Source: a virus (Duplodnaviria > Caudoviricetes). Taken from it: a stretch of DNA of 64,000 nt. Below are positions 26,751 through 36,533 of this stretch, in pieces; position 1 is the first letter of the stretch, and every line of letters begins with the position of its first letter. Where the stretch lies: the IMG/VR virus record IMGVR_UViG_3300028805_002025, positions 32,001-96,000 of that record. One strand, written 5' to 3'. A program made the position numbers and the translations under genes. Under the pieces are notes generated by a model. The model worked only from the letters and a program-made list of their open reading frames with translations, made no database searches and was not told the origin of the DNA.

Positions 26751-27041
26751 AGTTAGTTTAATATTTTAATAACGTTATTATTTTCCTACAGACATGATTG
26801 CATCGTGATATCATGGGTGGAAACTCTGTTCCATCCTTACCTAGCGAGTCGTTGCAATCGTAGCTGACCTGCTGATATCATTATGCTATCACTAATATTC
26901 CTCATATCTGTATTATAAATATAACAATTTATTAAAAATATCAAATAGAAACCCTAAAAAATTATCTTTTTTTCCATTCGATATACAAATTGTAGAACAG
27001 GAAGTATGCCACAAGACTTAAAAAGTCCACAAACAGCATTA

Positions 27042-27470
27042 CTAAGAATTTAACCCTAAATATGCTAAAATAGGTAGAACATTTTTTCTAACTTCTTCTA
27101 TTTCATCTTTAGTGTATTTACTATCTTTACCACTTATAATGTAGTTTGCTTCTTCAAAAGCTGTCCTTGGGGCAGAGTATTTAGTATAACGAGAAGCCTC
27201 CCAATCTATCACAGCAGCAAGCCAATCAACCTTATTCAATCCATAGTGTCTTCCAGAGAAGATATGGTGCTTGTTGTGATACTTATGCCACTTCTGGACT
27301 TTCTTGTAATCACCCCAGATAAGCTTCAGCCAAGGCTTCTCTATATCATGAAGTAAGTACTTTGGCTTCCATACACCAAGCTTCCATGCAACCCAGTTAT
27401 AAGCGAGCCAGTGCCAAAACCAATAATCGAAATTACTTCTCTCTTCCTTTGAAAATTTCTTAAATGTCAT
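27042..27470 (-). CDS. HD-like metal-binding protein (DUF5662-like)
   Basis: H...HDIEK...H..HNKHH...DW motif pattern. Confidence 0.6.
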   Translation of the reverse strand: MTFKKFSKEERSNFDYWFWHWLAYNWVAWKLGVWKPKYLLHDIEKPWLKLIWGDYKKVQKWHKYHNKHHIFSGRHYGLNKVDWLAAVIDWEASRYTKYSAPRTAFEEANYIISGKDSKYTKDEIEEVRKNVLPILAYLGLNS

Positions 27471-27792
27471 TTGTTTCGTAATCTAAGTCAATCAATTCGT
27501 TATCAACCTTTTCAACACCGTTTCCGTCAAATTCAAGTGCCCTGTCAATCCTGTCTATCATGCCATTATATGCTTGCAATTTGGTAGGAGCACAAGCAAC
27601 AAGGTAATAAGTGGAATGTCCATCTGATACATTTGGTATATATCCATCTGTCTCATTACCAACATCATAGTTATCAGACTTTTCATTCCCATAATATGTG
27701 TAATTCCACCATCCCTGTAAGGTGTCGCCTGTCATGGGTTTGACTACGAGTTCAAACTCCTTGTCATTTATCTTGATTCTCTTGGGTATCAT
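27460..27792 (-). CDS. Hypothetical protein
   Basis: ORF in overlapping operon. Confidence 0.6.
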   Translation of the reverse strand: MIPKRIKINDKEFELVVKPMTGDTLQGWWNYTYYGNEKSDNYDVGNETDGYIPNVSDGHSTYYLVACAPTKLQAYNGMIDRIDRALEFDGNGVEKVDNELIDLDYETNDI

Positions 27793-28090
27793 ATCCTGGT
27801 ATTTTATTATCCCTGTTCTTACCTACGTGGTATCCGTCACAGAAGAGACACTTGTAGAATGAGAAGTGTACACCACGCTTCTTGGTCATATTCTCAGCAG
27901 CTTTCTGTGCTGACTTCACACTATTGTACATTACTTTAGGTTGACCAGTATGCTGATTAATGTGTGAGTTGATAGAAAACGCACCCCACGCATTACCAGT
28001 GATGAAGAAATTGGTAAACCACCTCTTCCTCTTAATTTGGTCAACTAACCAAATTCTCAAGTTCCTGTATTTAATTCTTGTTCCGAACAT
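27764..28090 (-). CDS. Hypothetical protein with YxCxxCxxYH Zn motif
   Basis: K..Y.S...A..AA...FYKCLFCDGYHVG. Confidence 0.65.
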   Translation of the reverse strand: MFGTRIKYRNLRIWLVDQIKRKRWFTNFFITGNAWGAFSINSHINQHTGQPKVMYNSVKSAQKAAENMTKKRGVHFSFYKCLFCDGYHVGKNRDNKIPGYDTQENQDK

Positions 28091-28746
28091 AACGGTTCTC
28101 CAAATTCTTTTTCAAAGCGTTCTTTGCTTTTTTCATATAATTCAGTATACCACTTGACAGTAGTACCATCTGGTAACTTGCAGTTTTCCTTCATTTTCAA
28201 GAGACTTTCTCTTTCACTAGCTTTACGCTTTTCTTTCTCAGCCTCTTCGTCAACACCGACATATTCACATACTTTCCTTGCAATGTATTCGATGTTGTTG
28301 GTTGTAAATAGCGGTATACCATATCTCTTGCAGACAACCCTAACATTGCCGTATCTGTAGAACGTCTTTGGACAGAACACAATAAGCTTATTGGCTCTTG
28401 CGAAGAGTCCAATCTCCATGAGTGATATTGGTGACTTGGAGTCAGCCAAGATGTTCATTACAATCAAGTCGGCTTTCTCCAAGTGGTCTAACTCCCAGTT
28501 AATTTGAATGTCAATCTCACGATAGTTGTCACTGGAAGGCCAATCCTCACGACGTGGATTATATATATGAACTGGTTTGACCAGCTCAATGTTGGACACA
28601 GCGGAAATCAGCTCCTGTTGCCAGTCAGCTGACCCCCCGTTGTCAATTGTACCACCAAGGAATATGTTGAATGGAACTTTACCATCCTCGTTATATTCCA
28701 TGTCATCAATCTTTAATGGTGGTGTGTAGATATCAACTTTGCTCAT
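28057..28746 (-). CDS. Nucleoside 2-deoxyribosyltransferase-like protein
   Basis: IFLGGTI, DWQ, YNPRR, QINWE, SPISLMEIG, R.GNV. Confidence 0.8.
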   Translation of the reverse strand: MSKVDIYTPPLKIDDMEYNEDGKVPFNIFLGGTIDNGGSADWQQELISAVSNIELVKPVHIYNPRREDWPSSDNYREIDIQINWELDHLEKADLIVMNILADSKSPISLMEIGLFARANKLIVFCPKTFYRYGNVRVVCKRYGIPLFTTNNIEYIARKVCEYVGVDEEAEKEKRKASERESLLKMKENCKLPDGTTVKWYTELYEKSKERFEKEFGEPLCSEQELNTGT

Positions 28747-28903
28747 CCTTTACCTCCTCTATCTTTTCTCGGTAGAATACAAACGTCTTGAGTCTCCCAG
28801 ACCCAGTAACGTGACACAGAATCCATCCCAAATCCCCCAGGTTGTTGAGGTCATTCAATGTCATGTGTTCTGCATTCTTTATCTTATATTCGTACTTCTT
28901 CAT
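28733..28903 (-). CDS. DUF4177-like small protein (not in ORF track)
   Basis: MKKYEYK...LNNLGDLGWIL...FVFYRE; immediately after TATCTTTGCA. Confidence 0.65.
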   Translation of the reverse strand: MKKYEYKIKNAEHMTLNDLNNLGDLGWILCHVTGSGRLKTFVFYREKIEEVKDEQS

Positions 28904-28945
28904 ACCGTGCAAAGATATAATTTTTTTATTTAATTTACAAGTAAT

Positions 28946-29626
28946 TTACTCTTTTTTTTCTTTTATTAACACTTTATCAGCAATACCAAGGTCAACAGCC
29001 TCCTGTCCTATGAACCAGTTGTTCCTGTCACAGAGTGCTTCCATTTCCTCTAACGATTTTCCAGTGTTATCTGCAAGTATCTTATACACGTCATTCTTGC
29101 ACCTTCTCGTCTGTTCAAGCTCAATCTCAAGGTCTTTCAACACACCCTGTGCTCCGCTACTAACCTGGTGTATCATAACCCTACTGTGAGGTAATACGAA
29201 TCTCTTTCCTTTTACACCATTACTGAGTAGTACTGCACCCATTGATGCCGCCATACCAATACACAGTGTTGATACGTCACAACTAATATAGTTCATTGTG
29301 TCTATGAGTCCAAGCCCATCTATTACACTCCCACCCGCTGAGTTCACATAAAGACTAATATCTCTTTCATCAACGGATGCAAGATATAGCAATTGTGCGA
29401 CTGCTGTATTACAAGTATCATCGTTAACCGTACCCATGAAATACACAATCCTGTCATACATAAGTCTTGAGAACACGTCAAATGTAGCGACGTTCAGCTG
29501 TCTCTCCTCAAGGATATAAGGTGTCAGCAAGTTATTCTGTTTCTTAATCACATCATCCACAACAGATGCGGATGCCTTTGTCTTATCAATGGCGAAATGC
29601 CTAAAGTCCTTTGTTAAATTCTCCAT
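28946..29626 (-). CDS. clpP: ATP-dependent Clp protease proteolytic subunit
   Basis: DVFSRL..DRI, YVNSAGGSV, GMAASMG (Ser), RVMIHQ (His), DRN (Asp). Confidence 0.96.
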   Translation of the reverse strand: MENLTKDFRHFAIDKTKASASVVDDVIKKQNNLLTPYILEERQLNVATFDVFSRLMYDRIVYFMGTVNDDTCNTAVAQLLYLASVDERDISLYVNSAGGSVIDGLGLIDTMNYISCDVSTLCIGMAASMGAVLLSNGVKGKRFVLPHSRVMIHQVSSGAQGVLKDLEIELEQTRRCKNDVYKILADNTGKSLEEMEALCDRNNWFIGQEAVDLGIADKVLIKEKKE

Positions 29627-29631
29627 ATCTT

Positions 29632-30162
29632 TTAAATTTTACCCATTTCTACTAATGCATTCAATATCAATCCACTTATGTGCTTCGCAGCACCCTCTAT
29701 TGGGAGAGTGGTATAGTCAATCCTATTGTCATCTAAGACCTTCTTGACAACCTTGTCAACCTCCCTGGATTCTTCCTCAGTCTGAACCCTTCCAGCCTCC
29801 TGGTACTCACTTCCCCTCTCAAGAAGGAAATTGTAGTTATCGAACTTGTCGAACTGCTCCATTATAAGCTGGTGGAATGACTGTGAGTTCTCCTTGTCAT
29901 ATACAATGGATATTGGCAGTGGTGAGTCACAGATGATGACATCTACCTTATCCTTCAACCTCCATATCCTGTGGAACTGCTTGCCGAAAATGTAAATCTG
30001 GTCATCCATAGTCCTAAAGGATTCCTCCCAAACCTTGTCCTTAGCAAACTCAAGTGCCATTTCGCAATTTACACCGTGAAGCTTAAGCTCTGCGAACACA
30101 CGAGCAGCTGTGGTGCTCTTTCCTACACCAGGTCCTGCAAACAAATTAATTACTATTGCCAT
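29632..30162 (-). CDS. NadR/AAA_28-type P-loop kinase
   Basis: INLFAGPGVGKST, EFAKD, ICDSP, GRVQ. Confidence 0.75.
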   Translation of the reverse strand: MAIVINLFAGPGVGKSTTAARVFAELKLHGVNCEMALEFAKDKVWEESFRTMDDQIYIFGKQFHRIWRLKDKVDVIICDSPLPISIVYDKENSQSFHQLIMEQFDKFDNYNFLLERGSEYQEAGRVQTEEESREVDKVVKKVLDDNRIDYTTLPIEGAAKHISGLILNALVEMGKI

Positions 30163-31055
30163 TACTTACCCCTTTCCTTTGGATATTCGTATACTTTATT
30201 TAATTCCAAGAATTTCTTCCTAAGCTGTTTTGTCTCTTTCTTATCTCTACCAAGAACAAATGCATACTTATGCTTCGATGGAAACTCTATCTTCTTGGCA
30301 TTCTTGAACATTTCCTTAGAGTAGTCCCTTAGTTTCTTCTCCACATCATCTGGTACATTTTCCCATAGCATACATTGGTCAGTGTTCCAGTTCTTCTGCC
30401 ACTCTATACCTAGGTCTTTGGCGTACCTCTTATAGAAGCTCCTAGCCCTAAACGCCCTGTCAGTAACAATCTTCTCTGGATTGTAAGGATTCACACATCT
30501 TACGTTAGTACCACTGCCCTGTCCTAGGTAGAAGAAATTGAGTCCTTGATAAATACTACCAACCTCCTTAGCTTGTGGGTCTGAATAGCAGGTAAACAGT
30601 CTGTATTGTGTATTATCAACCATCCACTTGATGCACCACATAAGGAACTTGCTACCAAGATTCATCGGACACCAGGATGCTGAAGCACCTCTAGCTATCA
30701 ATCTCTCTATCTCTCTTGTATCCTCACCAAGAAGTTTTGAGAAAGCATTTGGCATGCCCATAATGATTACACCTCCAAGTATCCCCTTATATCTTGCTGA
30801 AAACCAATGAGTAGGGAATGACCCAACAGTGCCAAGCCACTCGTATCTCTTTATGAACTCTGTGGCTTCCTCCTTTTCTTCTTTAGACTCTATGAATGTG
30901 AACTCGAAATCGTCAAGGCTTATACCAGCCACATATTCCTCAGTCCATCCATACTTGTCCATATCCTCCTGTAGGGTGTCAAGCCTTTTCTGGTACTGGT
31001 AACACCAGGGTTTATCATACTCTGCTATCTTATTGAGTAGTTTTATATCACTCAT
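30162..31055 (-). CDS. Mom-like DNA-modifying GNAT acetyltransferase
   Basis: FI...EWLG, GVIIMG, E.ERL, YSDP....GSIYQGLNF.YLG, KHKY as in the phage Mu Mom family. Confidence 0.7.
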   Translation of the reverse strand: MSDIKLLNKIAEYDKPWCYQYQKRLDTLQEDMDKYGWTEEYVAGISLDDFEFTFIESKEEKEEATEFIKRYEWLGTVGSFPTHWFSARYKGILGGVIIMGMPNAFSKLLGEDTREIERLIARGASASWCPMNLGSKFLMWCIKWMVDNTQYRLFTCYSDPQAKEVGSIYQGLNFFYLGQGSGTNVRCVNPYNPEKIVTDRAFRARSFYKRYAKDLGIEWQKNWNTDQCMLWENVPDDVEKKLRDYSKEMFKNAKKIEFPSKHKYAFVLGRDKKETKQLRKKFLELNKVYEYPKERGK

Positions 31056-31103
31056 GATTTAAGATGTTAAAAGGGAGCTTTACCCAAGCCCCCTTGTTAT
31101 TAA

Positions 31104-31808
31104 TTAGGTGCTGCTAAGCTTGATACCAAGGTCTTTCTCATACTCAGCTGTGTTCTTTGTTGCCTCTTCATCAAGAGTTGCTGCGAATGCAAGCGTTGTG
31201 TCTGCCAACGATGCTCCTGTTGCTGCCATACTCCTATATGCGTTGGTTGCACAGTTGATAATGTTGTAATTGTTAGCGAACTTAGACCTTGAGCTGAATG
31301 TCTTGAACTTGAATCCAAGGGCATCAGCAGCCTTTGTAGTTGTGATATCAGTACCCATATAGATGAACTCCCATGAATACTTTTCAGTCTGCTCCTTAAT
31401 CTTAGCCTGTACCTGTGCCAAGGTGTACTCCTTTGAGGCATTCTCCATGCCATCAGTCATTACGACTACAAGGGTTTTACCAGGCATTTCAGCATTCACC
31501 CTGTCTTTCTCGTAAAGCCACTTTCCAACCTCATCGATTGCAGTACCGATACCGTCATTCATTGCAGTCATACCATCTGGAGAATAGTGGAACTCCTCAA
31601 TCTCATTGATGTCCTTTCCAAGATATACCTGCTTTACGTTCTCATTGAAGGTGTAGAGTGATACAGTCACCTTACCATCCTTATTTGCTTTCTGCTCCTC
31701 GATTGTCTTCTTGAAGCCTCCGATAACATCCTCCCTTGATGAGAACATGCTACCACTCTTGTCGATTACAAAGACAAGATTAATCCAATTAACATTGATG
31801 TTACCCAT
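31104..31808 (-). CDS. vWA-domain protein
   Basis: FVIDKSGSM MIDAS, GMTAMNDGIG, MTDGMENAS, WEFIYMG. Confidence 0.88.
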   Translation of the reverse strand: MGNINVNWINLVFVIDKSGSMFSSREDVIGGFKKTIEEQKANKDGKVTVSLYTFNENVKQVYLGKDINEIEEFHYSPDGMTAMNDGIGTAIDEVGKWLYEKDRVNAEMPGKTLVVVMTDGMENASKEYTLAQVQAKIKEQTEKYSWEFIYMGTDITTTKAADALGFKFKTFSSRSKFANNYNIINCATNAYRSMAATGASLADTTLAFAATLDEEATKNTAEYEKDLGIKLSST

Positions 31809-32030
31809 TTAGTTTAAACTATTTAAATCCTTATTTTTGTCATACATTATTTTGACATTGCCGTTGCTGTCCACAGCAACATTTGCGTTGTCTATGAGGG
31901 CGAACGCTTTCTTCCTCTCCTCTGGACTTTCCATGAGCTTAGGATACTCCTTTAACAGCTCTCTCTTAGCCTTGAGTCTAAGTTTCTCGCTCTTCTTTCT
32001 GAAGATTCTGCCTGCTGAACTCTTTGTCAT
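31809..32030 (-). CDS. Hypothetical protein
   Basis: ORF with TAATG overlap. Confidence 0.55.
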   Translation of the reverse strand: MTKSSAGRIFRKKSEKLRLKAKRELLKEYPKLMESPEERKKAFALIDNANVAVDSNGNVKIMYDKNKDLNSLN

Positions 32031-32506
32031 TATCCTTGATTCCTTTTCTTAGCTGCCCTTTCCTCAGCCTTCCTTAGTTTCTCTTCCTCTTTCCTACGTC
32101 TCTCCTCGTCCTCAATGGTCTCGATAACGATGTAGGCGGTCTCTACCATGTCCACGTAGTTCTCGTACTTCCTGCGCATTCTGAACATTTCCTTGGCAAT
32201 GTCACCCTCTACGTTGAGTTTATCCTTCTCCGTGTCGTAGCTTACATTGCTGAGTACTCCTTCCATAAGCTTGTTCTTGAACTCGTCTGACAGCCTGTCG
32301 AACGCCTCCTCATACACTGTGAGAATTATGTCCTTGTTGGTAAGCGCATGTGTGATTGCGCTGGCTCTAGATACCTTCAAGATACTCTTCGCCTTTGTAA
32401 CTGAAAGTACCTTCAAATCAACTCCCATCTGTGCAAGACCAGTATCTTCGAACTTATCCTGCGCCATTTCAGCAATATCTGCTGCTGTTTCAAAAATTTT
32501 TGCCAT
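32030..32506 (-). CDS. Hypothetical protein
   Basis: ORF in operon. Confidence 0.65.
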   Translation of the reverse strand: MAKIFETAADIAEMAQDKFEDTGLAQMGVDLKVLSVTKAKSILKVSRASAITHALTNKDIILTVYEEAFDRLSDEFKNKLMEGVLSNVSYDTEKDKLNVEGDIAKEMFRMRRKYENYVDMVETAYIVIETIEDEERRRKEEEKLRKAEERAAKKRNQG

Positions 32507-32514
32507 ATACTCTA

Positions 32515-32697
32515 TTATTTAGATGTTAATTCATTAATATCCAGGTTCACTATGTTGGCATTCAAGTGTTCCTCACCATTCTTGGTGTGGGTATACTTGC
32601 CATGCCTAATCCTTACGATTATGCATAAATTACCTTTATACATGCTGTAGAGGTAGTATTCCTTGCCTTTATACCATACAATATCACCTACTTTCAT
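32515..32697 (-). CDS. Small SH3-like (MKVGD) hypothetical protein
   Basis: First ORF after promoter at 32704. Confidence 0.55.
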   Translation of the reverse strand: MKVGDIVWYKGKEYYLYSMYKGNLCIIVRIRHGKYTHTKNGEEHLNANIVNLDINELTSK

Positions 32698-32831
32698 TTC
32701 TAGTGCAAAGATATATAAAAAATTTTAAAAAAACAAATTTATTCTTTAAAAAAACAAAAAAAATGTTATTATTTATAGAGAAAGTATAATAGAAAATGTA
32801 TTGAAATTAGTAACGATATAATAAAATAGTT

Positions 32832-33173
32832 ATGGAATTTGAAAAACTGATAAAGACGTTAAATACACTGGAGGACAGGATAAGTGATTTAACAGAAGAC
32901 GAGAAAACAGCACTCGGTGAAGCCAAGAGAACACTTGAACTTTACGAAAGAAAACAGGAAGAACAGATTGACTTCCAGGGATGGCCTCTTCGCCACCATA
33001 CAATGAAAGACCTTCGTGAGTTCATGAAGAGAAATAAGAACCTTGACGGTGAGACAAAGATACTTGTCCTTGAGGACGATGGAATGGCATACGGGGCACG
33101 TAATGGCTACTGTACTGAGATTTCAGTATCTGACAACGGAAAAGGAGGTAAAGAAGTCCACATCTGGTACTAA
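32832..33173 (+). CDS. Hypothetical protein
   Basis: Preceded by TATTTATA; TAATG overlap to next gene. Confidence 0.65.
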   Translation: MEFEKLIKTLNTLEDRISDLTEDEKTALGEAKRTLELYERKQEEQIDFQGWPLRHHTMKDLREFMKRNKNLDGETKILVLEDDGMAYGARNGYCTEISVSDNGKGGKEVHIWY

Positions 33174-33868
33174 TGGCTTGCAAACCTAAAAAGAACCTAT
33201 ATCACATAATACTGGTCAATCATGGCAAACAACTGCGTGACCTCTTCTTCACACCATCAGAGTCGAAGGTAAACAAGGAGTTTACCAAGATGCTCAATGA
33301 GAACAAGAAGGTTGTGTTCCCTATGATGTGGAACAACGAGAAGCACGTCATGGTTGAAGCTGAGTATGAGCTGGTGATAATAAAGGGAAAGGAACACTTT
33401 GACAGTCCTGTGTCGAAGCTTAGGGATGGATACGGTAAATTCATCAACTACGAGTCATCAGACGATGACTGGATTATATATGACAAAGCACCGTACTACC
33501 TGGAAGAGACATTCTGGGTATATGGTTATCACCCTAAGCTACAGAGGAAGGACTTCAACTGGATATTCGACTCTTTCATAACAAAGGATGCCAAGAACAA
33601 GTATATGTTCAAATCGGTACAGGTCTACAACAACAAAGTCTTAATTGACTGTAACGGAAAACTGGAAATGGTCATCTGTAAGAATAAGAAGGATGCTATC
33701 AGAATGTATAATATGATAGAGGAGAAGTCAAAAGCCAAGAAATACAAGTATATTGCATTTATGGGAGACGTTGGAAATGGGAAATATGTTGCACAATGGA
33801 TTGACAGAATACAGGAACTTACACACTGGAGCAGGCATAAAATTAAAAGAGGGTCTACAAGACCATAA
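33173..33868 (+). CDS. Hypothetical protein
   Basis: 231-aa ORF followed by bidirectional hairpin. Confidence 0.7.
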   Translation: MACKPKKNLYHIILVNHGKQLRDLFFTPSESKVNKEFTKMLNENKKVVFPMMWNNEKHVMVEAEYELVIIKGKEHFDSPVSKLRDGYGKFINYESSDDDWIIYDKAPYYLEETFWVYGYHPKLQRKDFNWIFDSFITKDAKNKYMFKSVQVYNNKVLIDCNGKLEMVICKNKKDAIRMYNMIEEKSKAKKYKYIAFMGDVGNGKYVAQWIDRIQELTHWSRHKIKRGSTRP

Positions 33869-33900
33869 AAAGAGAGTGAGGATTTCTCCCCACTCTTTTT
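33867..33900. terminator. Bidirectional terminator hairpin
   Basis: AAAAGAGAGTGAGGA...TCCCCACTCTTTTT between convergent genes. Confidence 0.65.
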
Positions 33901-33902
33901 CT

Positions 33903-34307
33903 TTATGCATGCGTCAGTACGCCAAACGTCAGTACTATAGCGAAGACTACCATGACCAGGAAGCCTGTAACAACCTCCGACCCATTGAACGAGATAGATT
34001 CTCCACTGAAGTTTCCAGCGATTGCACAGATGTTGTTGTTCTCCTTTCGCATCTTGAGATATGAACCAACAGGATGTGCATCATATTCACTCTCACCATC
34101 CAGGAACTTCTCCATTGCCTTCTGCTCTTCGTCAGTGCTGATATAACCCTTGTAAGTGGGTGATGTCATTACTGCCAGCATGTGGTAGAAGTTAAACATG
34201 TTCTTGCTCTTCTGAGCCTTCTCTACAATCTTCTCCTCATTCTTGATGGAGTACGCTGCGACTGCCACCAGCAGTGCAATAACAGCAATAACAATATACG
34301 TAATCAT
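33903..34307 (-). CDS. Two-TM membrane protein
   Basis: Start moved downstream of promoter at 34331; N- and C-terminal hydrophobic helices. Confidence 0.6.
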   Translation of the reverse strand: MITYIVIAVIALLVAVAAYSIKNEEKIVEKAQKSKNMFNFYHMLAVMTSPTYKGYISTDEEQKAMEKFLDGESEYDAHPVGSYLKMRKENNNICAIAGNFSGESISFNGSEVVTGFLVMVVFAIVLTFGVLTHA

Positions 34308-34372
34308 GTCTCTTGTTTTTAAAATTCTGCTGCAAAGATAAACAAAAAAAATGAGATAGCCAAACAACTACC

Positions 34373-34621
34373 TCATTTTTTAACTTTTATTATAATTTTC
34401 ACTTCACCATACTTAACATTTATCTCACCTTCAGAAGGAATGAACTCATCCTCTTCACTTTTCCTGTTTCTGTAGAACAAATCCTCATCTACCTTCTTGA
34501 AGTTCTCCTCATCAAGGTATACCGTTATTTCACCTCCAGGAACACCATACTCAGACAGCTTCTCTGATATGGTTCTTCCAAGGTCTATGATACCTACATA
34601 TCCAAAATTAAACTCTTCCAT
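34373..34621 (-). CDS. Hypothetical protein
   Basis: ORF in operon. Confidence 0.6.
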   Translation of the reverse strand: MEEFNFGYVGIIDLGRTISEKLSEYGVPGGEITVYLDEENFKKVDEDLFYRNRKSEEDEFIPSEGEINVKYGEVKIIIKVKK

Positions 34622-34623
34622 AG

Positions 34624-34812
34624 TTATAGCATTCTTAAAAACTTATCAACCTTATCCCAGAAGGTCATCTTCTTCTTTACAATTTTATTGATGTCATTGC
34701 CCATTTCACCCCTAAGTTGTTCTGCAAGCCTCTGCTGGTGTCCCTTCAAGGCTAGTTCTGCCATCTTCCTCTCACTCTCAAGGGTCGTTAGCTCTCTATC
34801 TATCTCACTCAT
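34624..34812 (-). CDS. Small coiled-coil protein
   Basis: ORF in operon; ATG start chosen. Confidence 0.55.
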   Translation of the reverse strand: MSEIDRELTTLESERKMAELALKGHQQRLAEQLRGEMGNDINKIVKKKMTFWDKVDKFLRML

Positions 34813-35170
34813 TAGAATTACTATTTGCCTCAAAATAATTTTGTACTGTATTTATTAGCCAATTACTACTACTAACAAACGCTCCATCTAAAAACATTGT
34901 TACATACCAATATTCTAATGGCAAACCAATCATAATCATTGGTGTTAATATCACACTTGGTAATATCCATAAATTAAGTGCTGACATTCCAAATCCTAAC
35001 CACCACCCAGAACATATAAAACAAGAGAGCATTTCATCCAACTGTGGATGAATCTTTTTAGCTATTTCGTGCATTTTAACAAAACAATGAAATGGACCGT
35101 TTGCATAAATTATAGTATTTGCAATACCATAACAAACAATCATATAAATAACTAATATTAACCAGTACAT
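34805..35170 (-). CDS. DUF1360-like membrane protein
   Basis: Three TM segments with LSCFICSGWW (CxxC) motif. Confidence 0.6.
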   Translation of the reverse strand: MYWLILVIYMIVCYGIANTIIYANGPFHCFVKMHEIAKKIHPQLDEMLSCFICSGWWLGFGMSALNLWILPSVILTPMIMIGLPLEYWYVTMFLDGAFVSSSNWLINTVQNYFEANSNSNE

Positions 35171-36060
35171 ATTTTAATTAATTCATTTATTTTATTTTCT
35201 AACTTGTCATTATAATTTATATAAAACAAATTCACATTATTCTCAGTACATAATTTCAATTTATTTCTATCTAAATTTTTTCTATACTCAAACATTTTTT
35301 CTCCACCAAAAAATTCTATTGGCTCAAAATGCTGTATACCTTGACATTCTATTGCTATATCATATTTTGGTAAATAAAAATCTAAGCTTTGTTTACCTAA
35401 CCACGATAAAATTTCCTTCTTACAATGCCATATGTATTCTAAATTATTCTTTTCCAATTCTCTAGCAACTTTTTCTTCCAAAATACTGTTTTGACAATGT
35501 GGACATCCAACACCTCTCATATGATGCATAGGATAAGTATAAAATTCTCCATGTTTAGAACAGATAACACATACCTTTGTTTTCTGATTTATATATACTG
35601 TTTTACTATAATCATATTTCTCACCATACAATTCTTTACAAATTGAAATAAATTCATCTGTCGTATAATTATGTCTCAAAGAACATTTTTTACATCCATA
35701 ACCCTTTAAATGATGTTGTGGAGTTTGCCAGAACTCTCCATGAATAGGACAAATTATGCATACTTTAGTTTGATTATCCACATAATTTACATTAGAATAA
35801 TCATATCTATTACCGTGAATTTCCTTTGCTTTATTTATAAATTCTTCTAATGTATACTTAGTGCTCCTATGTGAACAATGAGGACAATTCTGACCATGTA
35901 AATGGTCTAAAGGACGTTGAAAAAAGCTTCCATGAATTTTACAAACGATTTCAACTGGTTTTTGAGTTGATTCATATATGACTTTCGAATAATCATATTT
36001 ATCTCCATGTACATTTTTAGCTTGTTCAACAAACTCCTCAGTTGTCTTTCTTTTCGCCAT
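35158..36060 (-). CDS. Zn-ribbon-repeat (DUF723-like) putative homing endonuclease
   Basis: Three HG.KYDYS.V.Y...C..HG.F.Q.P..H..G..C..C modules plus DFYLP.YDIAIECQG.QH; overlaps both neighbours. Confidence 0.82.
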   Translation of the reverse strand: MAKRKTTEEFVEQAKNVHGDKYDYSKVIYESTQKPVEIVCKIHGSFFQRPLDHLHGQNCPHCSHRSTKYTLEEFINKAKEIHGNRYDYSNVNYVDNQTKVCIICPIHGEFWQTPQHHLKGYGCKKCSLRHNYTTDEFISICKELYGEKYDYSKTVYINQKTKVCVICSKHGEFYTYPMHHMRGVGCPHCQNSILEEKVARELEKNNLEYIWHCKKEILSWLGKQSLDFYLPKYDIAIECQGIQHFEPIEFFGGEKMFEYRKNLDRNKLKLCTENNVNLFYINYNDKLENKINELIKICTG

Positions 36061-36532
36061 CTTTCAATAGTTCTTCCATATCATCGTTAGTTTCAGTTTG
36101 AGGCTCTTCTGCTGCCTTCTCAGCCTCTTTCTTCTTCTTGGTATACTTCCTCTTAGGCTTAACCTCTTTCTTCGCCTGTGTGACAAATTCTAGGGTTACA
36201 AGTTCCTCATATGGAAGTCTTGAGAACATTTCCTTAAGCTCCTCCACCTTATCCTTAAGCAGCTTCAGCTTAAGCACAATATCCTGGTTAGCCTTGATTG
36301 TCTCCTCAACCAGGTCGAATATGTCCTCATACGTAGCCTCAGCAGAGTCAGCATAGTAAATAACCTCATTTGCATTGGTCTCTGATGGTGTAACCTTTAT
36401 AACACTGTCCTGCCTGTCATATACCTTCCAATTTGAAGGGAATATGACTCTAACCATCAAGGCATTGTTATATACCTCTATAGCCCTAAAGTAGGGCTTC
36501 ATATCATTCATTCTCTCTTGTAACGATTTCAT
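36038..36532 (-). CDS. Hypothetical protein
   Basis: ORF in operon. Confidence 0.65.
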   Translation of the reverse strand: MKSLQERMNDMKPYFRAIEVYNNALMVRVIFPSNWKVYDRQDSVIKVTPSETNANEVIYYADSAEATYEDIFDLVEETIKANQDIVLKLKLLKDKVEELKEMFSRLPYEELVTLEFVTQAKKEVKPKRKYTKKKKEAEKAAEEPQTETNDDMEELLKDGEKKDN

Positions 36533-36533
36533 A

